This document shows positions 55,447 through 64,000 of a DNA stretch of 64,000 nucleotides, piece after piece; position 1 is the first letter of the stretch, and each line of letters opens with the position of its first letter. A program made the translations under genes and the position numbers. The notes beneath the pieces were generated by a model. The model worked only from the letters and a program-made list of their open reading frames with translations, was not told where the DNA came from and did no database searches. The stretch is from contig CBDCDZ010000004.1 of NCBI GenBank assembly GCA_965215565.1, forward strand, positions 1,856,001 through 1,920,000, given 5' to 3'. The DNA is from Trueperaceae bacterium. GTDB lineage: Bacteria; Deinococcota; Deinococci; Deinococcales; Trueperaceae.

Positions 55447-56682
55447 ATGATGAAAACACAGCTTGGGGGCAAGAGGACGTCACCCATGAACCGGCTCAGC
55501 ACGCGCTTTTCCCTCACAATGATCGGTGTTTCGCTCGGCACATTGCTCGTTCTCATCGCGCTTCAGCAACTCATCGCGCAACCTCAGTTGGAGACGCTCG
55601 GACAAGACCTCGGCACCTCAGTTGAGGCTCTATTAGCAAGCCCGCTCCGCAGCGAAAGCACAGCGACAGCGGAACAACTTGCCACCTTACAGGCGCAGTT
55701 GGACGGGCTCGAGCAGGGTCTTCAAAACGCCTTTGCCGAAGGAGAACGCTACAACCAGGCGCAGCGGCGCTCGTTTTGGCTCTCCACAGGGCTCACGCTG
55801 CTGCTCACAGTAGGCTTCGGCTGGCTCGTCGGGCGGCGGCTCGCCCAGCCCATCATACGCATCGCGGACACGGCGAAAGAGGTCGCGGGCGGCAACCTGA
55901 GCGCCCGCGTCTCGCTAAGGAGCAACAACCAAGAGGTCAGCAATCTCGCCCGTACCTTTGACGCCATGACCGAGAGCTTGGAGCGCTTGGAAGAGGAGCG
56001 CAAAGCCACCTTGAACGACATCGCCCACGACCTCAGGACGCCCTTAACCTCCATGCAGTGGCGGCTCGAGGCGTTTGAAGACGGCGTCCGCCCGGTGACA
56101 CTAGAGAACGTGATGACCCTTCAGCACGCCGTTGACACGATGAGCCGCTTGGTGAAAGACCTGCGCACCGTAGCGCTCGCCGAAGGGGGCTACTTGCAGC
56201 TCAGCAAAGAGCCGGTGGATGTGACGGCGCTCGCTCGGACCCTCGTGGACGAGTTCGAGGATAAAGCACAGGGTCGGGGCGTCACGCTAGACCTTCACGT
56301 ACCTGATGCGCCCCTCTGCCTGAACGCCGATCCCGACAGGCTCTCGCAGATCATCTACAACCTCTTGGACAACGCGCTCAAGTACACGTCGCAGGGCGGA
56401 CGTGTGTCGCTTTTTGTGCTCGAGGCTCAGGGCGACGTGCAGCTCGTCGTCCGGGACTCAGGTAAGGGGTTAGGCGAAGAGGACATCAAGCGGGTCATGA
56501 ACCGCTTCTACCGCGTGGACGCCGCCAAAGAAGCGCCGAGCGAACTCGGCGCGAGCGGGCTGGGGCTGGCGATCGTCAACGCGCTCGCTACCTTGCACGG
56601 AGGGCGCGTCGAGATCGCTAACGCGCAAGAGGGTGGGGCGGAGTTTCGGGTGGCACTACCGAATATCGCTACAAGCGTCTAA
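55447..56682 (+). CDS. HAMP sensor histidine kinase (BaeS-like)
   Basis: Two TM helices, HAMP, AHDLRTPL, NLLDNA, DSGKG and GLGLAI. Start ATG 55447 has TATGAT 6 nt upstream. Confidence 0.92.
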   Translation: MMKTQLGGKRTSPMNRLSTRFSLTMIGVSLGTLLVLIALQQLIAQPQLETLGQDLGTSVEALLASPLRSESTATAEQLATLQAQLDGLEQGLQNAFAEGERYNQAQRRSFWLSTGLTLLLTVGFGWLVGRRLAQPIIRIADTAKEVAGGNLSARVSLRSNNQEVSNLARTFDAMTESLERLEEERKATLNDIAHDLRTPLTSMQWRLEAFEDGVRPVTLENVMTLQHAVDTMSRLVKDLRTVALAEGGYLQLSKEPVDVTALARTLVDEFEDKAQGRGVTLDLHVPDAPLCLNADPDRLSQIIYNLLDNALKYTSQGGRVSLFVLEAQGDVQLVVRDSGKGLGEEDIKRVMNRFYRVDAAKEAPSELGASGLGLAIVNALATLHGGRVEIANAQEGGAEFRVALPNIATSV

Positions 56683-56731
56683 GCAAAGCACCCATAGGGC
56701 GAGGTTGCTAGGATCAACCTACTCTCAATAT

Positions 56732-57676
56732 CTAAAAAAACGCTCTGAGGCTCAGGTTGAAGGTGAGTACCGTCGCCACTTCGCTGAAGCGTCCGCCTAA
56801 ACTCGCAGCGAGTTCTTGCTCACCTAGCACGGTGTAGTTGAGGGTCGGGCTGAATTCAGCACCGCTGTTTGGAAAACCGATGCGAGCATCTATTGCTAGG
56901 CTCGAGTCCGCGTCTTGTAGCAGGGTGAGTTGCCCCGCCACACGCGCTGCTGCCGGACCCAAGTCGGGCGCTAAAGCGTCGGGCTCTAAGGGTGCGTACG
57001 CGCCTTCTAAAGTCCAAAGCCTGTCGCCTAAGTAGCCCGTTACGCCAAGCGCGCCCCGCGCGTCCACAGGATTTGTAAGCAGCCACCCTTCACCGTACAC
57101 GACCAGCTCGCCAACCGAACCGCTGCCGCCTAAGCCTGCAACGAAACGGTCTTGGTATAGGGCTGTCGCTTCTAACTCAAACGCTCCAAAAGTCCGCCGC
57201 ACGTTGATAAGTGGGATTACGCTGTCTCTGTAGAAGACTGCGCCGCGCACCCGGTAGTTCTCTGGAAACCAAACAGCGCGCACCCCAGGCACGCCCAGTC
57301 GCACCCCTCTTTCGTTGATCTCCTCGACTGTGAAGGGCAAGGTGGCGCGGGCGTACTCGAGCGCCAAACGTTCGCGCCCCGCGCTTAGTTCAACGTCTCC
57401 GAAAGAGGTCCGCGCGTAAAGCTCGGTCAGCCCCGGCTCCGCTGTAACCTCTTCGCTGAAGCGGAGGCTCGGGTCTAGCTCGAGATTAAACGTCACAGGC
57501 TCCAAGCGGTAGTCCGCTTCGACGTGCGCCGCCACCGTCCAGCCAACTTGCTCGTCTGAGCCGAGGACGACAGTGGCGTCCTCGGCAACCTCTAGCTCAC
57601 CTCTATAGTTGAGTTGCGCAAAGGATAAAGAAGGGGTGAGCAAAGCGAACATAAAGATAAGGGCGGCGTACCTCAT
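56732..57676 (-). CDS. Secreted, probable outer-membrane beta-barrel protein
   Basis: Signal peptide, alternating beta-strand pattern and C-terminal Phe. Confidence 0.65.
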   Translation of the reverse strand: MRYAALIFMFALLTPSLSFAQLNYRGELEVAEDATVVLGSDEQVGWTVAAHVEADYRLEPVTFNLELDPSLRFSEEVTAEPGLTELYARTSFGDVELSAGRERLALEYARATLPFTVEEINERGVRLGVPGVRAVWFPENYRVRGAVFYRDSVIPLINVRRTFGAFELEATALYQDRFVAGLGGSGSVGELVVYGEGWLLTNPVDARGALGVTGYLGDRLWTLEGAYAPLEPDALAPDLGPAAARVAGQLTLLQDADSSLAIDARIGFPNSGAEFSPTLNYTVLGEQELAASLGGRFSEVATVLTFNLSLRAFF

Positions 57677-58365
57677 GCCGCTTGCAACGCCCCCTCGCGC
57701 AAGACGCGCCCGTCCTCCATGTTCACCGTGCGCTTCACATGGTCCAAGAGCCTCGGGTCGTGCGTCGAGAACACAAACGTCACGCCCTCATCTTCGTTCA
57801 GACGCTTCATCAACTCGATGAGGTCGCCCCCTGATTTGCTGTCTAGGTTCGCGGTAGGCTCGTCTGCTAGGATGATGTCAGGTTTAGCGGCGAACGCCCG
57901 CGCCACCGCCACGCGCTGCTGCTGACCGCCCGAAAGTTGGTTGGGGCGGCGGTCTGCAAACTCCTCCATGCCGAGGGCTTTAAGTGACTCTAAGGCTTTA
58001 GCCTCCCGCTTCTTCTTGTCCACGCCTTGGAGTTCCAACACGAAGGCGGCGTTCTCTAAGGCAGTCAGCACCGGAATGAGGTTGTAGGCTTGGAAGACAA
58101 ATCCGAGTTTGTCCAACCTCACCGCCGCCGCCTCTTTCTTGCTGAGCTGGTCGATGCGCTTGTCGTTCAGGTAGACCTCGCCCGAGGTGGGCTGATCGAG
58201 CCCGCCCATAAGGTGCAAGAGGGTACTTTTGCCGCTGCCCGAAGGTCCAGCGATGGCAGTGAATTCGCCTTTGTCAATGGAGAGGTCTACCCCTTGCAGG
58301 GCGTGTGTCTTGACCTCGCCGATCTGGTAGATTTTGGTCAAGTTCTTGACTTCGAAAAGTGACAT
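57673..58365 (-). CDS. ABC transporter ATP-binding protein (LolD/MacB-like)
   Basis: GPSGSGKS, LSGGQQQR and LADEPTANLD. Confidence 0.95.
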   Translation of the reverse strand: MSLFEVKNLTKIYQIGEVKTHALQGVDLSIDKGEFTAIAGPSGSGKSTLLHLMGGLDQPTSGEVYLNDKRIDQLSKKEAAAVRLDKLGFVFQAYNLIPVLTALENAAFVLELQGVDKKKREAKALESLKALGMEEFADRRPNQLSGGQQQRVAVARAFAAKPDIILADEPTANLDSKSGGDLIELMKRLNEDEGVTFVFSTHDPRLLDHVKRTVNMEDGRVLREGALQAA

Positions 58366-58407
58366 GGTGGTTCCTTTCGGTTGACAGGTTTAGATGTTCG
58401 CTGAGAC

Positions 58408-59634
58408 CTAGGCGGTGTAGCGCATCGCCTCAGCGGGTTCGGTATTCGCGGCGATACGAGCGGGCCAGAGGGCAGCGAGGAGCGCGGTTATGATGGCAAA
58501 GCCGACCGCAATAAGGATTTGCCAGGGCTCGATGGAGAGGTAGAAGACGCTGGGCAGGCCGAATTCTGCCAGTATCTCTTCGCTGTAGCCGGGTAGTTCG
58601 AGACCGTTTCTACCGAGCGCCACAATGCCCAAGCCGATAGCGAGTCCGATGGCTGCACCCGAAAGGCATAAGAGCAAGCTCTCGAGCGTCACCATACCCA
58701 TGACCCGCCGACCTCTCGCGCCTAGACTGATAATCACGCCGAACTCGCGGATGCGCTCTAGCGTGCTGAGGTACACCGTGTTCAAAACGAGCAAGCCTGC
58801 CAAGACAAAGAAGATCAGTGACATCACCACGATGACGGGCGCGAAGAACTGAACGATAGTAGCCAAGCTAGGGTCAATCTCCCGCCACCCTTCTACAACC
58901 ACACCGTCGCCTAGTGCGTTTCTGAACGCGGCGAGTTCGTCCGCCGTCTGCGCGTCTTGCGCCAAGGTGTTGACGCCGGGGAAGTGCAGCTCGAGCCTAC
59001 TCAGAGCGTCCGGTGCAGCTAACTCTTGCGCCGCCATAAGCGAGAGGTACGCGGCGCTAATTTCGCGGTTAGGGTCGTCAAAGTCCAAAAGCCCTTCGAC
59101 GGTGTACGCAGCCGCGCCGTAGCCCTCGGTGCCGGGCGCGTAAACGTAAACATCGTCACCCAACCCGACTTGGAGCGCTGTCGCAAGCGACTGACCCAGC
59201 ATAATGCCCGTGATGTTGTCACCCTCGACAAAGTTGCCTTCAACCAGATTATCCGCAAAGTCCTCGCGCACGACTTCGGGCCAGTCCTGACCTTGCACTG
59301 CCAGACCTCTCGAGCGGTTTTCCCCTGCCAGGAGACCGGGGACTTGCAGCGAGCCCACCGGAACCGCGCCGGGTAGAACCTGACTGACAGTCTCCCTGAC
59401 CTCTTCGGCGTTTTCCAAAAGCCCATCGTCAAAACCGCGAGCGTCCCTGTATCCTTCGGTGTGAATCTGAACGTTGCCGACCTCATCGGTCAGGTCCCCA
59501 TACATGCCGTTGGTCATCGCGCCGCCGAAGCTGTACAAAAGAATGGCAAAGAACACGACGAGCGCAACAGCCGAGAGCGAGATGAGGCTGCGCCGCCCCT
59601 GCCGCCAGAGGTTGCGCCACGCAAGCTGAATCAT
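58408..59634 (-). CDS. FtsX/LolE-like ABC permease
   Basis: LAWRNLWR, ERIREFG and C-terminal P.EAMR. ATG 59634 overlaps the upstream stop. Confidence 0.9.
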   Translation of the reverse strand: MIQLAWRNLWRQGRRSLISLSAVALVVFFAILLYSFGGAMTNGMYGDLTDEVGNVQIHTEGYRDARGFDDGLLENAEEVRETVSQVLPGAVPVGSLQVPGLLAGENRSRGLAVQGQDWPEVVREDFADNLVEGNFVEGDNITGIMLGQSLATALQVGLGDDVYVYAPGTEGYGAAAYTVEGLLDFDDPNREISAAYLSLMAAQELAAPDALSRLELHFPGVNTLAQDAQTADELAAFRNALGDGVVVEGWREIDPSLATIVQFFAPVIVVMSLIFFVLAGLLVLNTVYLSTLERIREFGVIISLGARGRRVMGMVTLESLLLCLSGAAIGLAIGLGIVALGRNGLELPGYSEEILAEFGLPSVFYLSIEPWQILIAVGFAIITALLAALWPARIAANTEPAEAMRYTA

Positions 59635-60371
59635 TCGCAAGCCCCCTCACGCTCTAAAGCGTTTTGCGTGAAACACCCGCTCGGAATGTCCACCCCGAAC
59701 TCCGCGTCCTGCCAAGTCACGACGGTGCGGTGGCCCTCTTCTAAGAGGTCCGTCACCTCAAAGCGCTGCGGAATGTTGAGTCCGTCCACCTCGGCGTAGT
59801 CGGAGAGGATGTTCTCTTTCACGGCGTTACCTCTTTGATCGTAGTAGGTAATGTTCGTCGGAGCGTACGAAGGCTTCATAGCGGTCAGTTCGACCTTACC
59901 GTAGGGGGTGGGTGCGCCCTGATTCGGCACAAGTTCCAAAGTGACACTCTCCTCGCTCTCCTCTAAGATGCTCGCTTGGTAGTCCTCTTCTAAGTCATCG
60001 CCTGCAAGGTCGTTGTAGGAGATGTCCGAACCCAAGAACGAGTCACTTTGACCACTCGGTGGAAGTCTCAGTACCCTTCTCAAGCGGGGGTTGTAGATAA
60101 AGACGTTGTCACCGTCGTTGAGGAAGGCTTGCCCAGCGTCCCTGGGTGGTGCAATCACCCTGGTCAAGCCTTGCTCCTCCCCTTCGCTGTAGATGCGCAT
60201 GGTGTAGGTGTCCTCTTCGTCCGGACGGATGACTTGCATGTTCAGCGTCGCCGCTTGTGACTCGCCGCGCAGGTTGTTCACGATGGTGCCCAAGATGCTG
60301 CTCGCGTCCTCTTGGGCGTGAGCGAAGCCAAGCGTGAGTAAAAGGGTGAGGGTTGTGAGTACGAATTTCAT
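59631..60371 (-). CDS. Outer-membrane lipoprotein-sorting (LolA-like) protein
   Basis: Signal peptide and P.D.G.AFL...Y.P...RV...SFLGSDISYND. Confidence 0.85.
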   Translation of the reverse strand: MKFVLTTLTLLLTLGFAHAQEDASSILGTIVNNLRGESQAATLNMQVIRPDEEDTYTMRIYSEGEEQGLTRVIAPPRDAGQAFLNDGDNVFIYNPRLRRVLRLPPSGQSDSFLGSDISYNDLAGDDLEEDYQASILEESEESVTLELVPNQGAPTPYGKVELTAMKPSYAPTNITYYDQRGNAVKENILSDYAEVDGLNIPQRFEVTDLLEEGHRTVVTWQDAEFGVDIPSGCFTQNALEREGACE

Positions 60372-60425
60372 GTGTTCTCCTTTTAGAGAAGTAAGAAGTG
60401 GGAAAAAAGGTTCTTGCTCCTGCTC

Positions 60426-61652
60426 TTACGTTGCCCGCATCGCCTCAGCCGGGTTGAGATTCCTCACGCGCCTGCCCGGTATGGTGATGGCGAGCACAGC
60501 AGCGATCAGAATGGTGACCGCAGCCCAAGCGAGGTAGGTGAGGCTCGAGGCGAACACAAACGTGTCGCTGAGCGCTAGACCTTGCAAGTAGTTGCCATAA
60601 AAGGTGTTGATGAAGGGTCCCATCAGGTTAGTCGCGGACATGAGGGCGTTTAAGCTGAACCCGAGCACTGCGCCTAAGGCGAAACCGATGAAGGTGGTAT
60701 AGATAGCCTCCAGCGTCACCATCCGTGCGAGCTGATTCTGATTCAAACCCAAAGAGGTGATGACGCCGAACTCTCTCGTGCGCTCGATGACGCTCACGAT
60801 GACGGTGCTCATGACTGTCACAGCGGCAAAGAGCGCGATCATCAGGACGATGGGAATCATCGACGCGCGTTTGTCTTCAATCACCGCTAAGAGACCGCCC
60901 AAAAGTTCAGAGATAGGGTAAGCTCCAACGTTTTGAGGTAGAACCGACGCGGCATTGACCGCTTCTGCAACCGCTTCTTCATTGCCCTGCTGCACGTCGA
61001 GCGCCACGCCCGTCGCCGTACCTACTCCCGTGAGCGTTCGCGCGTCTTCCAAATGCACCAGCACCACGCCCTCGTCCACGGGGTTGATGTTGCTGTCGAT
61101 GATGCCAACGACTTGCAGACCTGCGCCTTGTGCGCCTGCGAGTGACTGCACATCGAGCGCTAAGCGTTCTCCAACGCGCACGTCGAGGTCTTGGGCTAGC
61201 TCAACGCCCAACACAAGCTCACCGGGGTTTTCGATAAAACGCCCCTCACCGATGTCGCCAGGAATATCGCTGACTTGCGGCTCTAAGCTGGGGTCGATAC
61301 CCCTTACTTGTGAGCCTAGCGTTCGGTAGGGCGAGCGCATTAGCACTTGAAACTCTAACCTCGGTGCACTCCCGCGCACCCCTTCGACCTGCTCGAGTTC
61401 GCCCACAAAGTCCAGCGTCGGCAAGCTGTTTTCCGGGTCAGGATCGGTGCGGTAGCTTTCAGATTGCACCATCACCGGCGCGTTGAGGTAGCGGGCTTGT
61501 CCGCCTAAAAGCACGTTGACGAAGCCGTCATAAAAGCCCCAGAAGAAGATAATGGCAACTGTGGCGTAGGCGACGACGGCGAGCAGAAGTTGCGTGCGCC
61601 GCTTGTGCCGCCACAGGTTGCGCCAGGCGAGTCTGGAGATAGAGGTGTTCAT
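60426..61652 (-). CDS. FtsX/LolC-like ABC permease
   Basis: LAWRNLWRHKRRT, ERTREFG and P.EAMR. Confidence 0.9.
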   Translation of the reverse strand: MNTSISRLAWRNLWRHKRRTQLLLAVVAYATVAIIFFWGFYDGFVNVLLGGQARYLNAPVMVQSESYRTDPDPENSLPTLDFVGELEQVEGVRGSAPRLEFQVLMRSPYRTLGSQVRGIDPSLEPQVSDIPGDIGEGRFIENPGELVLGVELAQDLDVRVGERLALDVQSLAGAQGAGLQVVGIIDSNINPVDEGVVLVHLEDARTLTGVGTATGVALDVQQGNEEAVAEAVNAASVLPQNVGAYPISELLGGLLAVIEDKRASMIPIVLMIALFAAVTVMSTVIVSVIERTREFGVITSLGLNQNQLARMVTLEAIYTTFIGFALGAVLGFSLNALMSATNLMGPFINTFYGNYLQGLALSDTFVFASSLTYLAWAAVTILIAAVLAITIPGRRVRNLNPAEAMRAT

Positions 61653-61749
61653 GTGTTCCTTTCTACGTAGATAGGGTTCGCCCTTGCTCGTTTGACGTGG
61701 ACGCGCTTATAAGTAACGAGTGCAAGCAACATGGCTCCGAAAAAGAAGG

Positions 61750-62211
61750 TCATACCGGGTTCAACTCCTCTTCCCAGCGCTCGAACACGCGAGGGAATTC
61801 ACGCTCAGCGAAGGCGTAGAAGGCGTGCATCTCTTCTAAGCCGCGCCTCACTTTGGGGTCGTTAGTCTCGAGCAGCCCTAGCCCTCTCTCCGCAAGTTGG
61901 CGAAAGAGGCTCAACTGCTCGACGCCCCGGCGGGTCATCTCGAGCCATGCACCTGGCTTACAACGGAAGTAGTCGCGCCGCTCGCCGGGCTTAGTCACGC
62001 GCTCGGTGAGACCAAGCTGGATGAGGTAGCGCGTGGCGGTGCTGATCGAGCCGCGACTGGCTTGGAGCGTGTCGGCTAACGTCTCGGCTGACTGCTCGGC
62101 AGGCTCGGCGACGAGCAGCGCCCCCAAAACGCGCCCCGCCATGCGCGGTACGCCGCTCTGCTCGAGCAGCAAGCCGACCTCTTCGATATACCTCTGCTTG
62201 TCGTTCGTCAA
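61750..62211 (-). CDS. GbsR/MarR-family transcriptional regulator
   Basis: GVPRMAGRV...ASRGSIS...GERRDYF. Confidence 0.88.
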   Translation of the reverse strand: MTNDKQRYIEEVGLLLEQSGVPRMAGRVLGALLVAEPAEQSAETLADTLQASRGSISTATRYLIQLGLTERVTKPGERRDYFRCKPGAWLEMTRRGVEQLSLFRQLAERGLGLLETNDPKVRRGLEEMHAFYAFAEREFPRVFERWEEELNPV

Positions 62212-62430
62212 AAGCCACCTCCGACTAGACTATCTAAACGTTCAAAACGTTCTGAAACTTATTGTAACTAGCAATTGCAAAGATTCTTTGAAGATGGTTT
62301 TGACGATCTCTGAGGTCTGTAGGCGCATGACGCTGTTGGGAACCTTCGACGCCTAGCCGTCTGTATTTGGCTCGAGGTATCCCCGTCATTACCACTATGG
62401 ATTGAGGGTAGAAAATGTCAATGCGAGGCG

Positions 62431-63660
62431 CTACTCCAGCATCACAGGCATTTCCTTGTACTGATGCCAGCCGGGTCGCGTCACGAACTGCAACGCGCTT
62501 GGCGCTACCGCTAGACGAAGGTTGGGGCTGCGCCCCAGCAGCCGCGTAAGCGCGATTTTGGTCTCGAGCCGCGCCAGCGGAGCGCCGAGACAGTAGTGAA
62601 TTCCTTGTCCAAAACCGAGGTGACGTTTAGGCGCACGCTCTATGTCAAACACGTCTGGACGCTCAAAAACGTCGGCGTCGTGGTTGCCCGAGCCCAGTAG
62701 CGGCATCACGCTCGAGCCCTTGGGAATCTTTGTCCCTCTGATGGTGACGTCTTCAGTCGCGTACTCCGGCTTGGTCGCGTGCAGGGGTCCGTTGAAGCGC
62801 AACACCTCTTCAATCGCACCGTCCATCAGCGCCGGTTCTCTGCGCAACCGCCCTAGCTGTTCTGGATGGGTTAAGAGCGTATAGACCGCGTTGGTGATCA
62901 GGTTATAGGTCGTTTCGTGACCGGCAACGATTAGCAGGAACACCATCGCCACTAGCTCGTCTTCGCTGAGCGTTTCGCCCTCTTCTTCTGCTGCGATGAG
63001 CGCTGTCAGGATATCGTTGCCCGGATTGCGGCGCTTACGCTCAATTAGTTGGCGTACGAACGTCACTGCTTTGGGCAAATCCCAGACAAGCGTACGAGCG
63101 AGTGTCACACCAGAAAATCCTTTGGTGAGGGCGTCGACAAACGAGGCAAATTTAGGGACTTCATCCCGTTCGACGCCCACCATCTCCGCAATCACCGTGA
63201 CGGGGATGGGCTGGGCATAAGCTGTCATGAGGTCGATAGGTCCCTGACCCCACATCTCATCAAGTAGCTGTTCGGTGAGGATTTCGATGCGCCCTGCCAA
63301 GTTCGCAACCGTGCGAGGGGTAAACGCCTTGTGGACGAGGTTGCGCAGGCGGCGGTGCTCCGGCTCGTCTTCGTTGATCATCGAGTTCATCATCAGCGAG
63401 ACCGACTTAGGCATGGGGAAGGGCATTCGTCCGCCGCCCGTCGCGGTGGTGCGGTTGCGCACGAAGCGCTTGTCTTTGAGCATAAAGGCGCAGTCGTCGT
63501 AGCGGGTCAGGAAATAGGACCCCATCACGCTCATCAGTTTGCCCTTATGCACGGGGTCGTGCTCGCGCAAGTAGGCGTAGTGGGCGTATTTGTCGTCCGC
63601 GAAGGCTTGGCTACTGAGGTTGAGGGGCAGGCTTATTGCAGCTTTTGTTATAGAAGTCAT
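62431..63660 (-). CDS. Cytochrome P450
   Basis: AGHETT, EEVLR and HLGFGQGIHYCLG. Confidence 0.96.
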   Translation of the reverse strand: MTSITKAAISLPLNLSSQAFADDKYAHYAYLREHDPVHKGKLMSVMGSYFLTRYDDCAFMLKDKRFVRNRTTATGGGRMPFPMPKSVSLMMNSMINEDEPEHRRLRNLVHKAFTPRTVANLAGRIEILTEQLLDEMWGQGPIDLMTAYAQPIPVTVIAEMVGVERDEVPKFASFVDALTKGFSGVTLARTLVWDLPKAVTFVRQLIERKRRNPGNDILTALIAAEEEGETLSEDELVAMVFLLIVAGHETTYNLITNAVYTLLTHPEQLGRLRREPALMDGAIEEVLRFNGPLHATKPEYATEDVTIRGTKIPKGSSVMPLLGSGNHDADVFERPDVFDIERAPKRHLGFGQGIHYCLGAPLARLETKIALTRLLGRSPNLRLAVAPSALQFVTRPGWHQYKEMPVMLE

Positions 63661-63863
63661 AGGTCCCTTCTTGTGGCGGTTAGCGGGCGTCAGATTTGTA
63701 ACGCTGAGGCAGGTCAGAACACACTTCTCAGCTTAGAACGTTAAGGCTCACCAACAGGACTCAGTCGCTTGTCCAGATTAGGCAGAAGGTGAGCTTCCAG
63801 GTAGGACTAAAGCTGCACAATTTTTCTAAGGTCATCTCGAGCCCTACCCGGAGCAAGAGGAGG

Positions 63864-64000
63864 TTACACAGGCGTCACCAAAATGACCGAATTGGGTCTG
63901 ATATTGAGCACGTCCTTCGCTCGCCCGTCACGCACGGCGAGTTCTAAAAGCCCGCTGCTGCCCACGTAAGCGAGTGTCCAACCGGGGCGCACATCGGTAA
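63864..64000 (-). CDS. C-terminus of a SAM hydroxide adenosyltransferase / chlorinase-family (DUF62) protein, partial
   Basis: Manual translation ...DVRPGWTLAYVGSSGLLELAVRDGRAKDVLNIRPNSVILVTPV*. Confidence 0.7.
   Translation of the reverse strand, partial: TDVRPGWTLAYVGSSGLLELAVRDGRAKDVLNIRPNSVILVTPV

Noticed and set aside
47126..64000. Distal Tn7 end
   Set aside because: No inverted AGTCCAGAACTTT-like sites, or ACA followed by AATAT, were spotted by eye.

Overview
GC-rich bacterial chromosome segment, most likely Deinococcota (Truepera-like). This is inferred from the Thermus-like TyrRS, the cytochrome c552-like domain, the xanthorhodopsin-type opsin and several apparently leaderless genes. 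1-39.8 kb is mostly housekeeping and bioenergetic: two divergent AbrB antitoxin-like genes, tyrS, a CLC transporter, an Alternative Complex III operon ending in an apparent ActG-cytochrome c fusion, an acyl-CoA ligase and thiolase separated by an AT-rich Schlafen/AlbA_2 gene, a DTE proton-pump rhodopsin, a moaA/fdhD/OFA/formate dehydrogenase cluster, pheST with an attenuator-like leader, and glmS. glmS is preceded by what looks like a glmS ribozyme whose core is interrupted by about 195 nt containing a miniature repeat. A heavily decayed Tn7-like element (end with TnsB sites, tnsABCD pseudogenes, DUF5131 cargo) starts 25 bp after the glmS stop and is cut off by an IS4-family element. After it come gene fragments, a glycolipid-type cluster, an orphan histidine kinase, a LolA-like/FtsX/LolD export operon and a P450. 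Six copies of a 75-100 bp inverted-repeat element lie in intergenic DNA. No rRNA, tRNA or CRISPR array was seen. All calls come from reading the sequence by eye; no searches were run.
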